Positions 19,320-28,334 of a DNA stretch of 64,000 bases are shown here, one piece after another. Position 1 is the stretch's first letter; each line of letters starts with the position of its first letter. Made by a program: the position numbers and the translations under genes. Below the pieces are notes generated by a model. The model worked only from the letters and a program-made list of their open reading frames with translations. It made no database searches and was not told the origin of the DNA. This DNA comes from an uncultured Lachnospiraceae bacterium (GTDB lineage Bacteria > Bacillota > Clostridia > Lachnospirales > Lachnospiraceae): NCBI GenBank assembly GCA_947037115.1, contig CAMQTN010000003.1:7091-71090 (forward strand), in the 5' to 3' direction.

Positions 19320-20567
19320 ATGAGTAGCGAAATCAGAGACATTAATCTTGCCGAATCCGGTGAGAGAAAGATTGAGTGGGTTAAGAGGAATTGTGATCTG
19401 CTCCGAACCTTGGAGAAAGAGTTTACGGAATCGAAACCATTCGCGGGTAAGAAAGTGGCATTGTCCGTGCATTTGGAGGCAAAGACCGCTTATCTGTGTC
19501 TGGTGCTGGCGGCCGGCGGCGCAGAGATGTATGTGACAGGATCAAATCCCCTGTCCACGCAGGATGATGTGGCGGCTGCGCTTGTTAAGGCAGGGCTTGA
19601 AGTGCACGCCTGGTACGATGCAACACCGGAGGAGTATGAGACGCATATCCGCCATGTGCTGGAGGCAGGGCCTAATATCATCATCGATGACGGCGGCGAT
19701 CTGGTGACAATGGTGCACACGCAGATGCAGCACCTGATTCCGAATATTATCGGCGGCTGTGAGGAGACTACCACAGGAATTATCCGTCTGGAGGCAATGA
19801 ATAAGGCGGGAGAATTGAAATTCCCTATGGTGCGCGTTAACAATGCGGCATGTAAGCATTTCTTTGATAACAGATACGGTACAGGCCAGTCTGTCTGGGA
19901 CGGCATCAACAGAACGACTAATTTAATCGTAGCAGGTAAGATTGTAGTTGTTGCAGGTTACGGCTGGTGCGGCAAGGGTACTGCTATGAGAGCGAAGGGT
20001 CTTGGCGCGCGGGTTATCGTTACAGAGATCGATCCGATCAAGGCCATCGAAGCGGTTATGGACGGATTTGACGTAATGCCGATGAAGGAGGCTGCTAAGG
20101 TGGGCGACTTCTTCGTTACCGTGACAGGCTGTGACGGCGTAATCGACAAGGAAGATTTCGCGGAGATGAAAGAGGGTGCAATCCTCTGTAATGCAGGCCA
20201 TTTTGACTGTGAGATCGACATGGCGTGGCTGAAAGCTAACGCTGTGGAGACTAGAGAGCAGAGAAAGAACATTATGGGCTACAAGCTGCCTACAGGCCAG
20301 TGGATTTTCGTACTTGCAGAGGGACGTCTTGTGAATCTGGCTGCCGGCGACGGGCATCCCGCAGAGATTATGGATATGAGCTTTGCGATTCAGGCGCTCT
20401 CGGCAAAATATCTGGTGGAGCACGGCAAGGAGCTTGACGAGAAGCTGATCGATGTGCCGGAGGAAGTGGATAAAGATGTAGCCAGAAGAAAACTGTCATT
20501 CCTTGGCAAAGAGATTGACGTGCTGACGCCGGAGCAGGAGAAGTATTTGAACAGCTATGCTCTGTAA
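19320..20567 (+). CDS. ahcY: Adenosylhomocysteinase family hydrolase (short form)
   Basis: SNPLSTQD, IDDGGDL, EETTTG, FDNRYGTGQS, GYGWCGKG, NAGHF, EGRLVNL, GHPAEIMD. Confidence 0.95.
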   Translation: MSSEIRDINLAESGERKIEWVKRNCDLLRTLEKEFTESKPFAGKKVALSVHLEAKTAYLCLVLAAGGAEMYVTGSNPLSTQDDVAAALVKAGLEVHAWYDATPEEYETHIRHVLEAGPNIIIDDGGDLVTMVHTQMQHLIPNIIGGCEETTTGIIRLEAMNKAGELKFPMVRVNNAACKHFFDNRYGTGQSVWDGINRTTNLIVAGKIVVVAGYGWCGKGTAMRAKGLGARVIVTEIDPIKAIEAVMDGFDVMPMKEAAKVGDFFVTVTGCDGVIDKEDFAEMKEGAILCNAGHFDCEIDMAWLKANAVETREQRKNIMGYKLPTGQWIFVLAEGRLVNLAAGDGHPAEIMDMSFAIQALSAKYLVEHGKELDEKLIDVPEEVDKDVARRKLSFLGKEIDVLTPEQEKYLNSYAL

Positions 20568-20595
20568 TCAGACAATTAAATAAGAGTAATTATTG

Positions 20596-20627
20596 TCCGC
20601 ACCTTGGGAACAGGGTGCGGATTTGTT
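20596..20627 (+). terminator. Rho-independent terminator after ahcY
   Basis: 11-bp stem tccgcaccttg/cagggtgcgga, GGAA tetraloop, then tttgtt. Confidence 0.75.
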
Positions 20628-20708
20628 GATTTTAGCGATTGGAACGGATATACTATACTTGATATGGAAATAACTGTGATTTGGACGACAGAGAGAGGAG
20701 CATTTTCC

Positions 20709-22403
20709 ATGCCGCGAACAGTGGGAATTGGCCATCAGGATTTTGAGAAGGTCAGGATAAAAAACAATTTTTATATTGATAAGACCGACTTTATCAGGGA
20801 ATGGTGGGAGTCTGATGATGAGGTAACACTGATTGCACGTCCCAGAAGATTCGGAAAGACCTTAAATCTGAGTATGCTGGAGAAATTCTTTTCTGTCGAT
20901 TATAAGGGCAGGGAGGATCTTTTTCAGGGACTGTGTATATGGGAGGAAGAGAAGTATCGGAAACTACAGGGCACATATCCGGTTATTTTTCTGAGTTTTG
21001 CTGATATAAAAGAGACAACATTTGAAGGAGCACAGGAAAAAATGTGCAAAATCATTAAAATGTTGATTAACCGATACTATTATTTGCTGGAGGGAGATGC
21101 TCTAAATGCGAATGAGAAAAGAGATTTTCGGGAAATGTCAGCGAGAGTGACTGCTGGTTCGGCGTCTCTGTCATTGAAAGCACTGTCGCAATATTTGTGT
21201 CATTTTTATGGGCAAAAGGTGATCATTCTTATGGATGAATATGATACGCCGATGCAGGAAGCTTATGTGAGCGGGTATTGGGAAGAAATGGCAGCCTTTA
21301 TCAGGAGTCTGTTAAACTCTACCTTTAAGACCAATCCTTATCTGGAGCGGGCTGTGATGACAGGAATTACAAGGGTCAGCAAGGAATCCATTTTTTCGGA
21401 TCTCAATAATTTGGAAGTAGTGATGACCACATCAGAAAAATATGCGGACTGCTTTGGTTTTACAGAAAAAGAAGTATTTGCGGCTTTGGATGAGTATGGA
21501 TTGTCGGAAGAAAAGCAACAGGTAAAGACGTGGTACGATGGTTTTGTTTTTGGAAATTGTAAGGATATATATAATCCATGGTCTATTTTGAACTATCTGA
21601 ACAAAAGAAAAGTGGGAACCTATTGGGCGAACACCAGCAGTAACAGTCTTGTGGGGAAACTGATCCGAGAAGGTGAACCGAAAATCAAGATAATAATGGA
21701 GAAATTACTGCGTGGTGAAACATTTCATACTGTTTTGGATGAGCAGATTGTTTTCAGTCAGTTAGATCAGGGTGACGATGCGGTATGGAGTCTGCTGCTT
21801 GCCAGTGGATATCTGAAGGCTGTACATTATGAATTTAATGAGAAATATCAGGAGACTGTGTATCATTTGCAGCTGACGAATCTGGAAGTACAGATCATGT
21901 TTAAACAGATGATTAGAAACTGGTTTGGCGTGTGCCGTGGAGCTCACAACGATTTTTTAAAGGCATTGTTGGCGGGCGACCTTAAAGTAATGAATGTGTA
22001 TATGAATAAAATTGCAATGCAGACATTTAGCTATTTTGACACGGGAAAGAACCCTTCGCAAGAAGAGCCGGAGCGGTTTTATCATGGGTTTGTGCTGGGC
22101 ATGATGGTGGAGCTGTCGGACAGATACGTGATGACTTCCAATAGAGAGAGCGGATTCGGGAGATATGATGTGATGCTGGAACCGAAAAAGCCGCAGGAAA
22201 ATGCCATTATTTTGGAATTTAAGGTACAGGATGCGGAGGAGAAGGAGTTGACGGATACAGTGCGCGAGGCACTGCGGCAGATCGAAGAGAAGGATTATCA
22301 GGCGGCACTTATTGCCAGAGGAATTCCCGCGGAGCACATACGAAAGTACGGATTTGCGTTTTGTGGAAAGAAAGTGCTGATCGGCAGTGCGGCGACAGTG
22401 TAG
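20709..22403 (+). CDS. AAA-ATPase-like protein with C-terminal PD-(D/E)XK nuclease (DUF1703/PDDEXK_9)
   Basis: YIDKT, RPRRFGKT Walker A, LMDEYD Walker B, WYDGF, YNPWS, NRESGFGRYD...ILEFK; RBS gaggag before ATG 20709. Confidence 0.92.
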   Translation: MPRTVGIGHQDFEKVRIKNNFYIDKTDFIREWWESDDEVTLIARPRRFGKTLNLSMLEKFFSVDYKGREDLFQGLCIWEEEKYRKLQGTYPVIFLSFADIKETTFEGAQEKMCKIIKMLINRYYYLLEGDALNANEKRDFREMSARVTAGSASLSLKALSQYLCHFYGQKVIILMDEYDTPMQEAYVSGYWEEMAAFIRSLLNSTFKTNPYLERAVMTGITRVSKESIFSDLNNLEVVMTTSEKYADCFGFTEKEVFAALDEYGLSEEKQQVKTWYDGFVFGNCKDIYNPWSILNYLNKRKVGTYWANTSSNSLVGKLIREGEPKIKIIMEKLLRGETFHTVLDEQIVFSQLDQGDDAVWSLLLASGYLKAVHYEFNEKYQETVYHLQLTNLEVQIMFKQMIRNWFGVCRGAHNDFLKALLAGDLKVMNVYMNKIAMQTFSYFDTGKNPSQEEPERFYHGFVLGMMVELSDRYVMTSNRESGFGRYDVMLEPKKPQENAIILEFKVQDAEEKELTDTVREALRQIEEKDYQAALIARGIPAEHIRKYGFAFCGKKVLIGSAATV

Positions 22404-22416
22404 AGAGGGTAAATGG

Positions 22417-23727
22417 ATGGAAAAGAGAGAACAAAAATTCGCAGAGGATTTATTGCAATATCTGAATGACAGCCCCACGGCATTTCACGCGGTGGAAAAC
22501 GCGGCTGTAATGCTTAAAGAGCACGGATTCCAGGAGCTAAAAGAGACAGATAGCTGGTCTTTGCAGGAGGACGGCAGATATTTTGTCATTAAAAACAGTT
22601 CGGCTCTCATCGCCTTTACGGTGGGAAGGGGCGGGCTTGCAAAAGAGGGATTCCGTATCATAGGGGCACATACGGATTCTCCCTGTCTGAAAATCAAGCC
22701 GGGTGCGGGCAGTATCACGCCGGACGGTTACGTCAGGCTGAATGTGGAGATTTATGGCGGCGCTATTTTGAACACATGGTTCGACAGGCCCCTTGCCCTG
22801 GCGGGGCGGCTGGTTGTGAAAGAGGACGGCGCGCTTCGAGAAAAGCTGATTCGGATTGATAAACCTGTCTTCATGATTCCGAATCTCTGCATCCATTTTC
22901 ACAGGGATGTGAACGAAAAAGGCGCTTACAATAAGCAGACAGATATGATGCCGCTTTTTTGTATGAAAGAAGAGGGCGTGGAGAAGGAAGATTATCTGTT
23001 TGAACTGCTTCAGGAGGAAATCGGAACAGGGAAGACTGATATTGTGGATTATGAGTTGTTTTTATATGAATATCAGAAAGGAATTTTTACGGGCAAAAAT
23101 CAGGAGTTTATTTCGGCGTCCCGGATCGACGATCTGTCCATGGTTTATGCAGGACTTTCTGCGTTGACAGAAGCAAAGACAGGAAAGGGTTGTCAGGTGT
23201 TTGCGGCCTTTGACAATGAGGAGGTGGGGAGCACCACCGCACAGGGGGCAAATTCCGGTCTTTTTCTGCATATATTAAACAGGATTTGTAAAAATCTGGG
23301 ATTGACAGATGAGGGATATTTTCAGGCGATTGCCAATTCGACCTCCATTTCGGCGGATTTGGCGCACGCAGTACATCCCAATTACAGTGACAAACATGAT
23401 ACGGAGACCCGCCCTGTTTTGGGGAAAGGGGCTGTGATCAAATATTCTGCGTCACAGCGGTATGCTACGACCGCGCACAGCGCGGCGTATTTTATGGAAG
23501 CCTGCAAGAGAGCAGGAGTGCCTTTCCAGAAGTTTGTAAACAGAAACGATATTCCGGGCGGTTCCACCATCGGTCCCGCGCTCTCCGGGCTGACCACGAT
23601 TCCGACCGTGGATATAGGCGCGCCTGTGCTAGCCATGCACTCGATTCGGGAGTTTGGGGCTGTGGCGGATAACGTTTACACGAAACAGGTGTTTTTGGCG
23701 TATTATGAGGGTGACAGGAGTATGTAA
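22417..23727 (+). CDS. M18 family aspartyl aminopeptidase (ApeB-like)
   Basis: SPTAFHAV, GAHTDSP, RIDDL, DNEEVGS, ADLAHAVHPNY, GGSTIGP, LAMHSIRE. Confidence 0.93.
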   Translation: MEKREQKFAEDLLQYLNDSPTAFHAVENAAVMLKEHGFQELKETDSWSLQEDGRYFVIKNSSALIAFTVGRGGLAKEGFRIIGAHTDSPCLKIKPGAGSITPDGYVRLNVEIYGGAILNTWFDRPLALAGRLVVKEDGALREKLIRIDKPVFMIPNLCIHFHRDVNEKGAYNKQTDMMPLFCMKEEGVEKEDYLFELLQEEIGTGKTDIVDYELFLYEYQKGIFTGKNQEFISASRIDDLSMVYAGLSALTEAKTGKGCQVFAAFDNEEVGSTTAQGANSGLFLHILNRICKNLGLTDEGYFQAIANSTSISADLAHAVHPNYSDKHDTETRPVLGKGAVIKYSASQRYATTAHSAAYFMEACKRAGVPFQKFVNRNDIPGGSTIGPALSGLTTIPTVDIGAPVLAMHSIREFGAVADNVYTKQVFLAYYEGDRSM

Positions 23728-23853
23728 TTTTATAAAACAACGATATCAATTACCACCAATTGCAAGGTTCTTTTCCGCAACCTTCTGGTATGTTAAAAAG
23801 AATAGAGGGATTTTACTCCCTCTATGATAACTCGTGACTGCTCTTGTATCTGC

Positions 23854-24747
23854 TCATGATTCACTTTTTTTAACAGGAACCCACAACTCACAAAAGAGAC
23901 CCTTTTCCCCTTTTTCGTAATATAGCTCATAGTCTGTATCATCTGTCTGTACATAACCTGTCTGCGGTGAAAATTCCTTGTGGAACTTGCCCCAGACTTC
24001 GCCCAGACAGTCGCCATCGGCGCCAAAACATTTGAATACAGCATAATCCGCCGCTTCGGCCTTCCATATGGTATAGCCATTTTTTAAGAGTGCATTTAAA
24101 CCGTCAGAGTCGGTATCTTCGTCAACTATAATGCCGATGCCATAATTGAAATGTGTTTCGTTTTCCAGTACGGGGCTACATAAACCGTATATATCCCTCT
24201 TGCCCTCCGGCCGGAGCTGCTTCATAGGCTCAAACAGGTCCTTTTCGTCACACTCTGTCCAGAAATCGGGAATGCTGTGATTGTTGTCATCATTGATGAT
24301 CTCATTGGGAAAAGCCCTCACCATTGCAAGAAACTGCTGTGGTTCTCTGTGTTCCATTCTGTAATCCATAATACTGCCACCCTCCATTGTAATTTTTATC
24401 ACAAGGGGATTGAACAAATGAAACTTCGCGCCCGGTTTCTTTGCCTGTTTCGGTGTGGAACCATGGAAGCGCGAAAAGGCTTTGGAAAAACTTTCCGGTG
24501 ATTCATAGCCATACTTGTATGCGGCGTCAATGACTGACAGATCAGTCGTCTGGAGCTCCTGTGCCGCCAGAGTAAGGCGGCGGCTTCGGATATATTCATT
24601 GGCTGTCATTCCGGCAATAAAACTGAATGTCCGGTGAAAGTTATAATTTGACATATGTATGCTTTTGGCAACATCCGTGTAATTGATGTCCTCGTAGATG
24701 TGTTCTTCCATATAGCATATTGCCTGCTGAATAAGGTGTATGGACAT
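23854..24747 (-). CDS. AraC-family regulator with C-terminal GyrI-like ligand-binding domain
   Basis: N-terminal double HTH (YGYESPESFSKAFSRFHG); IPDFW and ELWVPV GyrI-like motifs. Confidence 0.9.
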   Translation of the reverse strand: MSIHLIQQAICYMEEHIYEDINYTDVAKSIHMSNYNFHRTFSFIAGMTANEYIRSRRLTLAAQELQTTDLSVIDAAYKYGYESPESFSKAFSRFHGSTPKQAKKPGAKFHLFNPLVIKITMEGGSIMDYRMEHREPQQFLAMVRAFPNEIINDDNNHSIPDFWTECDEKDLFEPMKQLRPEGKRDIYGLCSPVLENETHFNYGIGIIVDEDTDSDGLNALLKNGYTIWKAEAADYAVFKCFGADGDCLGEVWGKFHKEFSPQTGYVQTDDTDYELYYEKGEKGLFCELWVPVKKSES

Positions 24748-24901
24748 ATAGTCTCAGCCTTTCTTTCATTTGGTTTCCCTGTGTAAAATTACTGTATATC
24801 ATGGCTGTGGAAAAATCCTGTTCCCGCTTGCGCAAATTCATTCCGGACCTGGCAGACTGATTTTATGCTGTCAGGCAATTTACAGATTATGGAACAGTTC
24901 C

Positions 24902-25612
24902 TTAGCTGAGTGACTGATAATTACTGTCCATATAGTTCTTTTTTCCAAACGGGACATAATTTTCGTCCAGCAGAATCATGTTGCCGTTTCCCAGATCCGG
25001 GAATGCCTGTGCCACCTCTTTAAGAACCTCCCATTCGTCTTTGGAGTTTTCTTTGTTATCTTCCTCCACCTGCCTTAAGGCTTCTTCAATTGCCAGTTGA
25101 TCTGTAGTACCCCAGTAGAGCGGATGGGGCTGGAAGGAAGAATGGTATTCACCGCCCTCATAGCAGAAGAAGCAGGAACAGGGGATTTTTTCGTACAATT
25201 CCTTCTTTGCCCCGTCAAGCGCCTTGACTTCCAGACAGTAGCATCCGTTTACCGTTGCCGCGCCCTCCTGTGCAACCAGATTTGCGATCGCCATAATGGT
25301 AAGCGGCTCTGTTTTCACGATCATTCCGGGAACCAGAAGTCCCTCCTCGTACATTTCCCGCAGGTATTCGTCAGAAAACTTCCCGACGGCTCTCCACAGG
25401 AAAAACAGCGCAAGAAGGAGAAAGATAACTGCGGGAATCCAGCTTTTCAACAGGGAAATCCCGGCCATGCACACAAAGCATACGCAGATGATCGCAGAGT
25501 TTTTCCTTTTTTTGACCACGGCGCGTATGATTTCATCCTTCTGCCGTATACGGTTCACATCTGCATGGATGCCTGATTTTGTACTTGCCTCAAACTGTGA
25601 ATAATCTACCAT
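24902..25612 (-). CDS. Hypothetical membrane protein (DUF3239-like)
   Basis: 236 aa, two N-terminal TM helices, GLLVPGMIV, FQPHPLYWGT; GGAGG RBS. Confidence 0.6.
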   Translation of the reverse strand: MVDYSQFEASTKSGIHADVNRIRQKDEIIRAVVKKRKNSAIICVCFVCMAGISLLKSWIPAVIFLLLALFFLWRAVGKFSDEYLREMYEEGLLVPGMIVKTEPLTIMAIANLVAQEGAATVNGCYCLEVKALDGAKKELYEKIPCSCFFCYEGGEYHSSFQPHPLYWGTTDQLAIEEALRQVEEDNKENSKDEWEVLKEVAQAFPDLGNGNMILLDENYVPFGKKNYMDSNYQSLS

Positions 25613-25750
25613 TTTTTTGCCTCCAATTCCTCAATTTTGACAGTTTTTCTTTTATTATATACATACACAAAGCCGAGATCAAGGAAGCATTTATTTTGAT
25701 GAGGAGAGTTTAGATGGGCGGTGTGAAATTGATGTGAGGCCTCAGTGAAA

Positions 25751-26821
25751 TTATTCTGAGATGGGGATGGAAAAATAGAACCGCACTCCGTCCGCCAGAT
25801 TTTCTGCGCCATAGGGCAGCTTCTGCATAGATAGGATTTGCGCCACGATGGACAGTCCCAGCCCAGAGCCACTATACTCCGCGCCGCTGTCCCGATAAAA
25901 TTTCGTCCAGATTTTGGGGAGATCATCTGCCGGAATGGGCCGGCCCTGATTGAAGACTGAGAAATGTAAAGCGTCGCCGTCCCTGGTCAGTTCCAGCCGC
26001 AAACTGCCGCCGGGAAATACATTTTTTCTGGCGTTGACAATTAAATTGCCCAAAACCTGCTCCATGCGCTTTATGTCCGTCTGCACATAGACTTTCTGCT
26101 CTGGAAGTTCGTATTGTAAATCAAAGTCTGCATCAGGTACATCTGCAAGGAGTCTTCCAGCTACTGTTTCCACCAGCTCTACAAAATCAAACCGGGTAAT
26201 CGCAAGGTGAGTGGCGCCTGATTCCAATGCGGACAAATCCAGAAGCGTCACGATCAGATCATTCATTCGTTCCACCTCAGAAACAATGACCTGGGCATAT
26301 TTCTGCTTTTTGGTTTCGTCCGGTTCATCTTGCAAGCCTTCGGCGTAGGCCCGGATAATGCCCAACGGGGTCTTCATCTCATGGGACAGGCTGTCCACCA
26401 GTTCCTTGCGCTCTGCCAACAGAAGCCGCTCTTTTTCTACATCTTTTTCAAGCTGCGCGTTTGCGTCCTCCAGGCGGGAAAGGGCCTGCTGCAGATTTTC
26501 AGCCATGGTGTTCAGACTGGCAGATAAATCGCCAAATTCATTTGTGGAAGTAATGCAACAGGGGGTCGAGAAATCCAGCCCGGCCATGCGCTTTGCCGAA
26601 GTGTTTAGTTCTGCAATCGGCTTTGTGATAAAGCGGTCCATAAAATAGTCTATCCCCAGAACCAGCATCAGAAGAAAACCCAGCCAAATTAGGAAGGAAA
26701 CATTTTCGCTGACAGGCAGACGGGTGGATAGAATGTAGGAAAAAATCAGCATGATACCCGCCAGCTTGGAGAGCATAACAATCTTTTTCCGCACTGTGCG
26801 GAGGGAAAAAATCTCTTTCAT
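25751..26821 (-). CDS. HAMP-domain sensor histidine kinase
   Basis: Two close TM helices, HAMP, H-box SHEMKTPL, N-box, GSGLGLSIV. Confidence 0.93.
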   Translation of the reverse strand: MKEIFSLRTVRKKIVMLSKLAGIMLIFSYILSTRLPVSENVSFLIWLGFLLMLVLGIDYFMDRFITKPIAELNTSAKRMAGLDFSTPCCITSTNEFGDLSASLNTMAENLQQALSRLEDANAQLEKDVEKERLLLAERKELVDSLSHEMKTPLGIIRAYAEGLQDEPDETKKQKYAQVIVSEVERMNDLIVTLLDLSALESGATHLAITRFDFVELVETVAGRLLADVPDADFDLQYELPEQKVYVQTDIKRMEQVLGNLIVNARKNVFPGGSLRLELTRDGDALHFSVFNQGRPIPADDLPKIWTKFYRDSGAEYSGSGLGLSIVAQILSMQKLPYGAENLADGVRFYFSIPISE

Positions 26822-27486
26822 ATTGTTACCTCGAGTTTATAGCCGGAGCGGATCAGCGTGACGATATGTCTGCCCTCATCTCCCAGCTTTTGCCGCAGGG
26901 TCTTGACGTGGGTGTCCACAGTGCGGGTCGTTCCCTCAAAGTCATAGCCCCAAACTCGGTTCAGAAGCTGCTCCCGGTTAAAAATCTGTCCAGGGTTTGC
27001 CATGAGAAACGCGAGCAATTCATACTCTTTGTGGGTTAAAGTGATCTCCTGACCATCAAGATAGACCTTGCGGGCATTAGGATGGAGCATGATTTTTCCG
27101 GCGCTGATCGCACCAGAGGACGCTGCGGAGGAGCGGCGCAGGAGGGCGTTCACCTTTGCTAACAGCACCTTGGGACTGAATGGCTTTGTCATATAATCGT
27201 CCACGCCGTATTCATAGCCTTTCAGTTTATCGTCCTCCGCACTTTTGGCGGTCAGCATAATAATGGGCATATTGCTCATTTCCCGGGCCATCTTGCAGAC
27301 AGAGAAGCCGTCCAGATGAGGCATCATCACATCCAGGATTATCAAATCCATGGGATGATTTTTTAGAGTGACAAGGGCGTCTATACCATCGTCGGCGGTA
27401 AAGCAAGCGTGCCCGCCATTCCGCATATAGTCCGCAATAATGTCCTGCATAGCTTTCTCATCTTCGACAATCAGAATGTTTGCCAT
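26818..27486 (-). CDS. OmpR-family response regulator
   Basis: ILIVEDE, LDVMMP, KPFS, winged helix RTVDTHVKTLRQKL. Confidence 0.95.
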   Translation of the reverse strand: MANILIVEDEKAMQDIIADYMRNGGHACFTADDGIDALVTLKNHPMDLIILDVMMPHLDGFSVCKMAREMSNMPIIMLTAKSAEDDKLKGYEYGVDDYMTKPFSPKVLLAKVNALLRRSSAASSGAISAGKIMLHPNARKVYLDGQEITLTHKEYELLAFLMANPGQIFNREQLLNRVWGYDFEGTTRTVDTHVKTLRQKLGDEGRHIVTLIRSGYKLEVTI

Positions 27487-27579
27487 AATGCCTCCTAATC
27501 GCCACAATTCCCGTTTCTGTTCTGATTATATTTAGTATGGGACAAAAAGACAAGAGGATATTTTGGAGTACAGTGATTT

Positions 27580-27609
27580 TTGACAACCATTTTGATATCA
27601 GTATATAAT
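27580..27609 (+). promoter_or_regulatory. Sigma-A-type promoter
   Basis: TTGACA-N18-TATAAT. Confidence 0.6.
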
Positions 27610-27641
27610 TACGGGATAGGAGAATAAAGAAGACGGAGAAA

Positions 27642-28310
27642 ATGGATATGTCGTATCCGATGGTGCATTTAAAAATTGCATATGAACTGCTTACGCGGTA
27701 TGATGGTGAGTACATAGAGAAGCCGGGGGATTTTCTGCTCGGTTCCGTTGCGCCGGACGCGGTGCATTTTCACAAAAAGTATGATGTATCTTTGAAGGAA
27801 CGGAGCCACCTGTGGAAATTCGGTCCACGCTGGGGAGTGACGCTTGACAGCGAAGGCTGGAAAAACGCGATTTGTCAGTTTTGGAAAGAGAACAGAAATG
27901 CTGGGAACAGAGATTTTATAGCAGGATACTGTACGCATCTTTTGACGGATTGGGAGAATGACAGGCGTATTTGGACACCTTTTCGGGAAAAGATGCCGCA
28001 GGGTACGGAAATTGACGAGCTGCATGGGCAATATAGTGTAGAGGCTTATGGAATTGACCAGTGGTTGTATCAGACTGATAAGGATGCCAAAGAGATATGG
28101 CGGCTTTTGGAGCAGGGCCATGTTTATAGGGTAGAAGGATGTATTCTGGAGGAAGACCTTGCACGGCAGAAACTGTCGATTCTAAACGAACAGTTTACCG
28201 GGAAAACAGCGTATGATGTAAGCGGGTATCAGATCTGCACGAAGGAAACGATAAAGATGTTTGTGGAAAAATGCGTGGACAGTATCTTTCGGGAAACGGA
28301 TATCAGGTAA
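27642..28310 (+). CDS. Zinc-dependent phospholipase C-like hydrolase
   Basis: N-terminal His, FLLGSVAPD, SH and GYCTHLLTD metal-ligand pattern; no signal peptide. Confidence 0.7.
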   Translation: MDMSYPMVHLKIAYELLTRYDGEYIEKPGDFLLGSVAPDAVHFHKKYDVSLKERSHLWKFGPRWGVTLDSEGWKNAICQFWKENRNAGNRDFIAGYCTHLLTDWENDRRIWTPFREKMPQGTEIDELHGQYSVEAYGIDQWLYQTDKDAKEIWRLLEQGHVYRVEGCILEEDLARQKLSILNEQFTGKTAYDVSGYQICTKETIKMFVEKCVDSIFRETDIR

Positions 28311-28334
28311 ATGGCAGGAGAAGGGAAGTGCACT

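Noticed and set aside
6048..20621. Shared agggtgcgg/ccgcacc words in the hairpins at 6048-6087 and 20596-20621 as a repeat family
   Set aside because: Only ~9 nt shared, arms in opposite order and different loops; compatible with independent terminators.
20604..20708. N-terminal extensions in the ORF track (also 37243, 37982, 41372, 48228, 55211, 60251, 63172)
   Set aside because: Family-typical N-termini and RBSs lie downstream; the extensions overlap terminators, promoters, the tRNA or neighbouring genes.
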